Positions 8,742-17,200 of a DNA stretch of 27,741 nt are shown in pieces. A program made the position numbers and the translations under genes. This DNA comes from Leptospirales bacterium (GTDB taxonomy: Bacteria > Spirochaetota > Leptospiria > Turneriellales > JAOUFE01), in the NCBI GenBank assembly GCA_040326155.1, contig JBEQLE010000060.1:1-27741 (forward strand), read 5' to 3'. The notes under the pieces were generated by a model. It did not search any database. It was given only the letters and a program-made list of their open reading frames with translations, and was not told the DNA's origin. Positions within the stretch are counted from its first letter, which is position 1. Each line of letters starts with the position of its first letter.

Positions 8742-10028
8742 ATGGATTCAGTGGAATCGCTGATTAAGGAGTGGCAAGAGCAATACTCTGATCTGCCTTT
8801 TGAAGCTTTTATAAAGCAAGATGTGTTGCGTTGTGGGTTGGGGTTTCAGAAAGAGGCGATTGATCCGCAGGTTGCCGGTCAATATAAAACCAAAGATTAT
8901 TTTATTTTCTCTTTTGACCTTGTTCCGCTAAACTCCATGAAAGAAGGGGAGAACTGGAAAGCCCCGGAAGAGATTCGTCTGTCGGGTGGTCCGCAATCTG
9001 TGCAACAAACCGTAGTTTCGGTACGTATTCATCCAGAGTCACCATACCAGGTTTCCGTTTTGGAAGGGGTCATGAGGCTGCTTTATAAGAACGAATATCT
9101 TTGCGATGTAGAATATCCGCCTATCCCAGAATATTATAAGAAAAAATACTCAATGGACAAACCCATTGGAGAAATTGCCCCTGTAATTGAGTGGGGGTAT
9201 CTAATTTATTTGACAGTGTTTCGTAATTGCCAGTATTTTGGCAAAGACGAAGAGTGTCAGTTTTGTGACATTAACCACAATTGGAAACAACAGAAAAAAT
9301 CGGGTCGTCCTTATACGGGTATAAAGCCCATTGAGTATGTGCTCGAAGCTCTAAGCGGTATAAATGAGTTTGATACGGTTGCTAAAGCCTATACACTTAC
9401 CGGTGGTTCGGTGGTCACGAACTTGCAGGGCAAAGACGAAACTGAATTTTACGGTCAATATGCAAAAGCGATTCAAGAGAAATTCCCCGGCAGGTGGATT
9501 TCCAAAGTCGTTACCCAGGCTTTTGAACTTGATAACGTAAAAAAACTGAAAGATTACGGCGTTGATATTTATCATCCAAATTACGAGGTCTGGGATTCTA
9601 AACTGTTCGATATTTATTGCCCTGGTAAGGCGCGTTACGTTGGCAGAGACGAATGGATGAAACGGATTATCGATGCAACTTCTGTTTTTGGCGCTCGAAA
9701 TGTAATACCGAATTTTGTGGGTGGAGTCGAGATGGCCGGTCCGCATGGTATTAAAGACGTCGACAAAGCGGTTGAAAGTACAAGCGAAGGGTTGGAATAT
9801 TTTATGTCAAATGGCGTTACGCCCCGTTTTACGACGTGGTGCCCGGAACCTTATACTGTTCTCGGAAACGAAAAAGCTCCACCTTTGGAGTATTATATGA
9901 AATTACTTCGCAATTATAAACGACTTATGGAAAAGTATAAACTGCCGGCGCCTCCGGGGTATGGGCCTGCCGGGGTGGGTAAGGCTGTCTTTAGTGTTTC
10001 GGCTTTTATGGATGTGCTAAGAGAGTAA
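8742..10028 (+). CDS. Radical SAM protein with non-canonical CX8CX2C motif
   Basis: CQYFGKDEECQFC, TLTGG, and a BioB-like NYEVWD..CPGK segment. Confidence 0.8.
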   Translation: MDSVESLIKEWQEQYSDLPFEAFIKQDVLRCGLGFQKEAIDPQVAGQYKTKDYFIFSFDLVPLNSMKEGENWKAPEEIRLSGGPQSVQQTVVSVRIHPESPYQVSVLEGVMRLLYKNEYLCDVEYPPIPEYYKKKYSMDKPIGEIAPVIEWGYLIYLTVFRNCQYFGKDEECQFCDINHNWKQQKKSGRPYTGIKPIEYVLEALSGINEFDTVAKAYTLTGGSVVTNLQGKDETEFYGQYAKAIQEKFPGRWISKVVTQAFELDNVKKLKDYGVDIYHPNYEVWDSKLFDIYCPGKARYVGRDEWMKRIIDATSVFGARNVIPNFVGGVEMAGPHGIKDVDKAVESTSEGLEYFMSNGVTPRFTTWCPEPYTVLGNEKAPPLEYYMKLLRNYKRLMEKYKLPAPPGYGPAGVGKAVFSVSAFMDVLRE

Positions 10029-10059
10029 AGCGAGTAAAGAGTGACATTGTCAGTGAATT

Positions 10060-10133
10060 TAGCGACGCAGGGATTCGAACCCCGGACACGCGGATTATGA
10101 TTCCACTGCTCTAACCTACTGAGCTACGTCGCC
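10060..10133 (-). tRNA. tRNA-Met (CAT), probably elongator
   Basis: Cloverleaf GGCGACG..AGCTCAG..CAT..GGTTCGAATCC..CGTCGCTA with paired 1:72. CCA not encoded. Ile2 not strictly excluded. Confidence 0.92.
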
Positions 10134-10140
10134 AACTAAT

Positions 10141-10213
<73 letters not shown>

Positions 10214-10311
10214 ATATGTTTACCCACAATGTGAATTTGAGATATCTTGTCAAACGATAAACAATGTGTAGGTCGGAATCAGCAATTTTCGGTTTTTCTC
10301 CACCTAGTTGC

Positions 10312-10746
10312 TTAGTTGCATTGTTGTATAATGCTGGGGCATTGAACACTGGCTTGCTCGCTTGTTTCATAGCAGCGATTATTTTCGGGGCAATACCAGG
10401 AGTAACCGGTGGGACAACACCCCGTTGGACAGCACAAAGCACCGGATGGACAACAATGAGAGGAGCAACAAAAAGCCGTGCTTTCGCAACATGTACCATT
10501 ATTGCAGTTTTTTGGATATTCCGACTCGGTACACTCCCATTCCTCGGCTTGCGCAATGTTTAGGTAGTTCATATTTTCAATATCTTCGTATTGCGTTAAA
10601 ACACCCGAAGACGAATTATCCATAACATTAGGTTCGAATAGTTGATTGCCTGTATAATAGGTCAGGCCTCCCAGAAATAAAAAAATTGCTATTGTGTATG
10701 CAAACACACGCACAAATGCGTAATTTGACTCACCAAATTTTTTCAT
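10312..10746 (-). CDS. Cys-rich membrane-anchored or secreted hypothetical protein
   Basis: N-terminal hydrophobic helix, 16 Cys in the C-terminal half including five CC doublets, GAGGGA RBS. Confidence 0.75.
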   Translation of the reverse strand: MKKFGESNYAFVRVFAYTIAIFLFLGGLTYYTGNQLFEPNVMDNSSSGVLTQYEDIENMNYLNIAQAEEWECTESEYPKNCNNGTCCESTAFCCSSHCCPSGALCCPTGCCPTGYSWYCPENNRCYETSEQASVQCPSIIQQCN

Positions 10747-10818
10747 GCTTTCCCTCGCTACGTAAAAAATAACTATTTAAATTGTTTATACCCAAAATAA
10801 AGAAATTAAGAAAAAAAT

Positions 10819-10990
10819 ATAAGGAAAGCAGGAAGACAGGAATGGCAAGAGTAAGAAATTTTGACAGGATTAACAGGATTGACAGGTTAAGAAATGTGGA
10901 GTGAATTTGTAGACAATCTTTTCTTAAATCATGTTAATCATGTAAATCCTGTCTATTAATCTTTATCTTTACCTGCCCTTCCTGCCTTAT
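10819..10990. repeat. Nested inverted-repeat element built from CAGGA tandem units
   Basis: Inner arms 10863-10894 and 10920-10953 (9-bp period ACAGGATTR). Outer arms ATAAGGAAAGCAGGAAGACAGG and CCTGCCCTTCCTGCCTTAT. Confidence 0.8.
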
Positions 10991-11019
10991 AGGTAAATTC
11001 CCACCCATCGGATTTTTTT

Positions 11020-12996
11020 CTAAATTACTCTCTCGTTGCCACCGTCAACGGCAACACCATCACCGGTTGTTTTGGCAAACGTGTCTGAACACATTTCGGC
11101 TGCCATGTTGGCAACGTCTCGACTAAAGACACCGATTTTCAGTACGTTGTTGGTTTTGTACTCTTCGACGGTTAAACCGTAACTTTTGGCGCGAGCGGCG
11201 AGAACCTCTTCGGTCCAGATGCCGGTGTCAAAAACCGCGTTGGGATGAATCGAGTTTATACGTATTCCATGTTCTCCCCATTCGAGAGCGGCAATTCGAG
11301 CCAGTTGGTTTAACGCAGCTTTCGAAGCAGAGTAGGCCGATGCACCTGGCCCGGGAGCTTTCACATTTTTAGAACCAATAATAACCACCCGACCGCTTTT
11401 AGGTGCATTTTTCAGATGAGGAAATGTTTTAGAAAGAAGCCTGACGTTGGAATCCAGGTTAATATCCATAACTTTTTTCCATGTCTCTAAATTCATATCT
11501 TCAATTTTCGACGACTTCGGAAAAATACCTGCATTTAAAACAATCATGTCGATTCCACCAAATTTCAGCAGAGAGTTCGATATGGCAGTATCAATGGAAT
11601 TTTCATCTGTAATGTCACAGACAAAACCGGCATAATCGGCGCGATCAAACATCGTTTCAATCTCTGTGTTAATGTCGAGTCCGACAACACAGGCCCCATC
11701 GGCTAGAAACTTTTCTACGCAGGCGCGTCCAATACCCGAAGCGGCCCCCGTAACCAAAACAACCTCACCCTGAAAACGAGCAGCTTTACCACCTTTACGT
11801 AGTTTGGCTTGTTCGAGATCCCAGTACTCCATTTGAAATAGATCTTTCGCTTCCAGAGCCCGGTAACCTCCCAGCTTTTCACTGCGCAAAATAATTTCTA
11901 TGGTGTGGTTATAAATATCTTTAATAATATTAGCATCTTTCGCGCTTTTACCGGCAGCCAAAAGACCAAAATCTTTATCGAGTATCACACGCGGGGCAGG
12001 GTCCAGCATAGTCAACTCGTCCGTAGAGTTTTTCTCGTAAGTCTCAAAGTATTTTGCATACTCACCAGCGTAGTTACCCACAGAGTCAAATAGAGCCGGC
12101 AGGCGTTTTGTGCGAATAATATGATCAGGTGTAGCAGGCCCCTGTTGTGAAATAGTTGCCAGATCTTTGTTAGCCGCAAAAGTTCGGGTTTTATCCGTTG
12201 TTTCGGCGCTTATAATAAGGGGAAAACCAGCGCTATCGCTAATCGATTTTCTTAAGGCAGACAACGAAGCAATTTTCTCGTCTGGCACCGTCGCAGCTTT
12301 TTCACTCCATTCGAGACTCCAGGACGATTTTGACTCGATAAATTTTTCAGAACGTTCAATAAGGTCGATCATTCGATCGTAAGACTCTTTCGCATTATCG
12401 CCAAAACTGAACATCCCATGGTTCATTAAAGCCATACCAATCGTATTCTCGTTTTTCTGTTTGGCAAACTCAACACCGCATAAGCGGGCAAGGTCAAAAC
12501 CGGGCATCACATAAGGAATATAAATAACACTATCGCCATAAATTTCTTTAATAAAGTCAAAACCATTTGGAGTATTTGTCACCGTAACAAGAGCGTCGGC
12601 GTGAGTATGGTCCACATATTTAAACGGTATAATGGCATGCAAAATAGTCTCCACCGAAGGTGACGGGGAGGAGTAGTTCGTCATGCTGGTTTTTAGTTCA
12701 TTCACCATCTGGGGGTCCGAAAGTTTCTCCAGCGCAGAGAGTTTCACCATATCGTTTAGCTTCACGGGACTAAAACCGGGCTCTTCAATGGTTGCTAAAT
12801 CCCATCCACTGCCTTTTATGTATAATATCTCTTCGTCTTCGCCAAGAATATTTTTCTCGGTAATCTTAACAGAGGTGTTTCCCCCGCCATGCAAAACAAG
12901 CGAAGGGTTGCGTCCGAGCAGTCGGCTGGTATAGACGCGCAGGGCCAGATCAGTTTTATATTCAGAAGCTTCTTTATCATTCCAGAGGTTATTCAT
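11020..12996 (-). CDS. Bifunctional class II aldolase / short-chain dehydrogenase (RhaD-SDR fusion, YuxG/RhaEW-like)
   Basis: HGGGNTSVK, KGSGWDL, PSVETILH, DHTH, TPDH and EYWDLEQAKL, then SDR motifs TGAASGIG, NAG and YSASK. Family-typical start MNNLW at 12996. Confidence 0.92.
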   Translation of the reverse strand: MNNLWNDKEASEYKTDLALRVYTSRLLGRNPSLVLHGGGNTSVKITEKNILGEDEEILYIKGSGWDLATIEEPGFSPVKLNDMVKLSALEKLSDPQMVNELKTSMTNYSSPSPSVETILHAIIPFKYVDHTHADALVTVTNTPNGFDFIKEIYGDSVIYIPYVMPGFDLARLCGVEFAKQKNENTIGMALMNHGMFSFGDNAKESYDRMIDLIERSEKFIESKSSWSLEWSEKAATVPDEKIASLSALRKSISDSAGFPLIISAETTDKTRTFAANKDLATISQQGPATPDHIIRTKRLPALFDSVGNYAGEYAKYFETYEKNSTDELTMLDPAPRVILDKDFGLLAAGKSAKDANIIKDIYNHTIEIILRSEKLGGYRALEAKDLFQMEYWDLEQAKLRKGGKAARFQGEVVLVTGAASGIGRACVEKFLADGACVVGLDINTEIETMFDRADYAGFVCDITDENSIDTAISNSLLKFGGIDMIVLNAGIFPKSSKIEDMNLETWKKVMDINLDSNVRLLSKTFPHLKNAPKSGRVVIIGSKNVKAPGPGASAYSASKAALNQLARIAALEWGEHGIRINSIHPNAVFDTGIWTEEVLAARAKSYGLTVEEYKTNNVLKIGVFSRDVANMAAEMCSDTFAKTTGDGVAVDGGNERVI

Positions 12997-13064
12997 GAGG
13001 GTACATTCGTCTTCAAAGAGGGGGGGTAAAGGATTTTTGCATCTCCATTTCGGCAGGAAAGAAG

Positions 13065-13141
13065 ATGGCAGGCTACCAGCCCGGTTTTCTCGGGTTGTAA
13101 AGGTATAATATTCCAATTAATAATAGTTCGGAATGCTACCG
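13065..13141 (-). repeat. 77-nt dispersed element, copy C
   Basis: Ungapped 52/77 identity to copy B (hand count). Similarity to B continues through roughly 13142-13190. Confidence 0.8.
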
Positions 13142-13179
13142 AAGTAGAGACTTGTATTTACTTTTTAGTTATAGTAGAG

Positions 13180-13367
13180 AAGGAAAAGGAAAAGATGGGA
13201 GGACAGGATTTACAGGATTAACCGGTTTTAAAGTAAGAGATTATATTTACATTCACCAGGCAAATAAAACTCAATAGTGGCTCGAAACGCAATGAAGTTC
13301 TTTCCTCTCTTTCTTTTCCTGCCATTCCTGTCCTCCTTCCTGCTTTCCTTACAATTCTTACTCTTGC
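13180..13367. repeat. CAGGA-repeat inverted-repeat element
   Basis: Perfect IR GGAGGACAGGA (13198-13208) / TCCTGTCCTCC (13326-13336) within longer purine and pyrimidine arms. Shares AAGGAAAGCAGGAAG, ACAGGAATGGCA and GCAAGAGTAAGAA with 10821-10857 in inverted orientation. Confidence 0.8.
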
Positions 13368-13431
13368 GTTATTCGATAACGGAAAAGAGTCGACATCGTA
13401 ATTCGTGAAAACAAATGTAAACGCACGAATT

Positions 13432-14052
13432 ATGAATAAATTAAAGAATTGGCAATTTCTGGTTGTCGAGGGGATTGACGGCAGTGGCAAATCGACTATT
13501 GCTAAAAAGATTTTCGATGAACTGAAAGGGGCTGCGGCACTGTTTTGTGAACCGACTGAAAACAGTCCTCACCGAACTCGAATTCGGGCTATTTTGGCGG
13601 GGGACGAAGGGGAAGTCGATGATGAAAAAAACTCAGTTTTGCGTCGGCTTTTTCTCGAAGATCGAGTCTGGAATATAAAAAATAACCTGGAACCCGCAAT
13701 TCAAAGGAGTAAAAAAGTAATCCTCGACCGGTATTTTTTTTCAACGGCTGCTTACCAGGGTAAAGACGAAACCGAGGCCAGGGGAATTGCCGCTGAATAT
13801 CTGACGCTTCCCGAAATTCTAATGCCCGATGTGGTTCTTTATATTGACATTGCTGAAGAGACAGCGCTCGATCGTTTGAATGCGCGAGCAGGTCATACTG
13901 AAGTATTTGAAAAACTAGAATTCTTGAAAAAAGTCCATAAAAATTACAACAGCTTGTTTACTTCCACCGATTATGAATTCCCCATCCGGAAAATTGACGG
14001 AGCGAAAACGCCCGAAGAGGTATGGCTGGAAGTTTCGAATATTATATTTTAA
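13432..14052 (+). CDS. tmk: Thymidylate kinase
   Basis: VEGIDGSGKST, EP, LFLEDR, LDRYFFST.AYQG and PD motifs. Alternative GTG start at 13405. Confidence 0.93.
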   Translation: MNKLKNWQFLVVEGIDGSGKSTIAKKIFDELKGAAALFCEPTENSPHRTRIRAILAGDEGEVDDEKNSVLRRLFLEDRVWNIKNNLEPAIQRSKKVILDRYFFSTAAYQGKDETEARGIAAEYLTLPEILMPDVVLYIDIAEETALDRLNARAGHTEVFEKLEFLKKVHKNYNSLFTSTDYEFPIRKIDGAKTPEEVWLEVSNIIF

Positions 14053-14193
14053 TGTGGTAATTTATATGACGTTCTTTCATTCCTCGACCCGCTATGCGAA
14101 CGCACAGTTAAACTCCATAATTTGGGCGAGGTCGATAGCGGAAGCGAAAGGGTAGAGTAGCTTATTAAAAAATTCAAAGCTGTCAACAAGGTG

Positions 14194-14223
14194 TTTACCG
14201 GGATGTTCGAAAATCCCGGTAAA
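14194..14223. terminator. Hairpin between convergent genes (probable terminator)
   Basis: TTTACCGGGAT-N8-ATCCCGGTAAA, a perfect 11-bp stem. Confidence 0.7.
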
Positions 14224-14279
14224 TTATATTCGAATTGTTAAAGTCAGTTCTATTCAATTCTCATTATCAAAGAGAATTT

Positions 14280-17200
14280 TTACTGGATATCTCTCACACA
14301 ACGCACTTTTGTGTCAGCAACGCCCAGCATTCTGCTATGAATGTCACCAACAACGACTGAATTACTAACACCGTCATACGAGAACCAATATTTCAAAGAA
14401 TTAGGGGGCAGTGGCGGTGACGGTGGGTTATTATACCATGATGGTTTGTTTCTGGAGTGACCCCCGGTAAGGCGGTGGTCGTCTTTATCGAAATCCGGAC
14501 TTACACCCCATATCCGATTATACCCTAGAATACCGGAAATTATATGGTCAGTAATTAATGGCTCTGTGCTTGATTCTTGAAAATTCAATAAATGACCATA
14601 GTCAACGTAACCCCACCGATACCAGCCCCAGCAAAAAGAATATTTTGAACCGCAGCCACGCGCTTTGTGCCATCGTATACCGACGGCAACAGTTCTCTTA
14701 TCTAAGCTACCATAATCATACCAATAATCCCCTAAAGGATCTGAAAAGAATGGTTCGGCACTGTCTTGTGGTTGTACAGTTTCGAATTCCGGTTTCGTTG
14801 GCAAACGCCAGTCAATAAATCCGGACAAGCTGAGATTAGCGCAATCGTTTTTGGTGTCGGTTAAGTTAGAATAAGCCCTCGGAGTTCCAGCACAGTCCGG
14901 GTCGTACATATGTTGACCCAGGTTACATTTAGTCCACATCAGTGAACTTGCATCATCGACCAGCATACCGGCATATGGATCTTGACATATTCTATTCACC
15001 AGGTTAAGGTGAACTTGATCAGTTGAGTCCACAGTTATATTGTAAACATAACAGTTGAGTACTACCTGATCATTTCCCGAGGCAGACTGTATAACCTCTA
15101 CCCGATACAAACCTTCCGGTTTTGGCGGAGTTACACCGGGCACCGTTGGTATTGGCGGGTCAAATTCTGCTGAGGGTAGAGACATTGTATCTCTTGTTAC
15201 AGTATTCGGTCCGGTCAACGTATTGCTAAGCAACCAGTCCAGCTGGAATTTACCGTCTGCCAACAATTGAACCTGTAAAATTTCAGGAGTAGCATCTCCT
15301 TTTATGTTAATAGGGAATAAACCTACCGTTGTCGCAAACTCATTAATCACCTGCGCGGCATAATTTTTCTTTGGTAGCGGATAACCGTTCACACCCACAT
15401 AAAACTGGTCATTCACGATATTGTTTGCAAAATATTTTTTGGATTGTGAAACCGGGTCAATAAGGCAGTAACCGCCAAGAGTCACCCTGGCATTCAGATG
15501 TATATTTAACATTGGTGAATCGTCTAATGGCATTGTATCGCCATTGTCCAATACCATCTCAAATTGCGTGGCTGAACCCGGTGGAGCTATTCTAACTGTT
15601 CCGGTAATTTTAGGTTTACATTTTTGACTGGATGATTTACGCCAGTTTTTTGTCCATATCCACTCGGAGCCGCCAGCAGGGTTATCATAATCTATTTTCA
15701 ACCCGCTTAAATCAATTCCAAACACTAACATCCCGTTTATTTCTGAGATTGTATTTATTCTAAACATTGATTTTTGAACGTTCGCATAGCTCATTGGATT
15801 CGATAGAATAAGTGAATAGCCATATAGAGTAGGCCGTTCTAACATGTCGGCATTGACATCATTAAACAATGTTGTTGCCGCATCGTGAACATTTTGAAGG
15901 GAGAATTGAGGAATAATTTTTACTGCGTTCACCCTTAATTCGTTGCCCCCCATGTTAACGGACACCCGATAGTAAATATCGAGAGAACCCGTTTCAACAT
16001 TCAAAGGTATACCAAAACTCGCCAGGTGAGATTGTGCGGATAATCGCATTCGGAATAAATAGTTTCCTAAATATTTAATCTCAGGAACAGATGCCGGTTC
16101 TATAGTCAGAACAGTGTTCGTATCGGCGTTCACTTCATAATTATAGCAAAAATAACCCCGCTTAGACAGTTCCAAAAAGACTTGATTCATTGCGGTTAAC
16201 GAAAAACCCATGCCAAGATCAGAATCTGACGGTAAGGGGAAGTTTTGTATCGGTGAATCGGGAATAGTTCCCAGATCTACATTGCAGTTGCCTGCGGCAA
16301 TTTGAGGCGCAGGAATGTAAGCGTTAATATCTGCTGAGTATTCTATGCCTAGAGAATCAAGCTTAACATTGGCTTCGACCCGGGTGTCGGCAAGCGATGT
16401 GTTGATGGCTTTTTCAATTTCTTTGCTTAAACTGTCTTCCTCTCCATCACCAATTGCCTCGGCAATTTGCTCACTTATTTTGATCTCTTTATTTATCTCT
16501 TTTTTTATTAAAGCATGAATCTGTTCTTTAAAAATATAAAATATCGGACTAAGAATACCAAGCATATCGACATTAAAATGCGTATGGTCTACACTTACAT
16601 TAAAGTTCCCGGCTTGCTGGTCCACATACTCTATAGACATTACCCCGGTTTTAGCGTCTCTTTTTACTTTATAATTCAATGTTAAGTCAAAATCCCTTAT
16701 ATTAATATCAGCAGAATCTTGAGCCCATATTACAGTAGTTTCACAGATAATACGTGCAGCTAAAGCAAGAGTGTAACAAACAGGCTGGAATAGTGGAAAC
16801 CATTTCGCACAATCATCATTTATTGATTCATGCATTAAAATACACAAACCAGCGGATCCTAATATTCCTTTCACCACCTTTAAATCAACATGTCCGGCGG
16901 TGAAATCTGTCAACCGGGCTCTCACACTTAGAATGTCAGGTGTGTCGGGTGAACCGGCTACTGTAAATTTAAATTTGCGAGAATCAATTTCATATAACTT
17001 TAGATCACCGCTGGCCGTAAAACCGATGCCTTTCATGTCAATGCTACCTTTTTGTGCCGGTATTATTACAGGGTTAACAGCGTGAGCTTTTTCGACAATG
17101 TAATTCAGTGCGCTGTATTGAATCTTCGCGGCGACTGCGTTTGGATAAGAAAGTGTAAATCCACTTTCACCGCTTACAGTAATAATCGTAAAGTGATTCG

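Noticed and set aside
10268..10283. GTAGGTCGGAATCAGC resembling the 77-nt element end
   Set aside because: Only a short partial match. The other conserved blocks are absent.
12997..13116. 40-aa N-terminal extension of the aldolase/SDR ORF
   Set aside because: Runs through repeat copy C. The family-typical start is MNNLW at 12996.
14280..14970. DUF1566 domain as a diversity-generating retroelement target
   Set aside because: No reverse transcriptase, Avd or template-repeat copy is visible in the window. A trans-acting DGR cannot be excluded.
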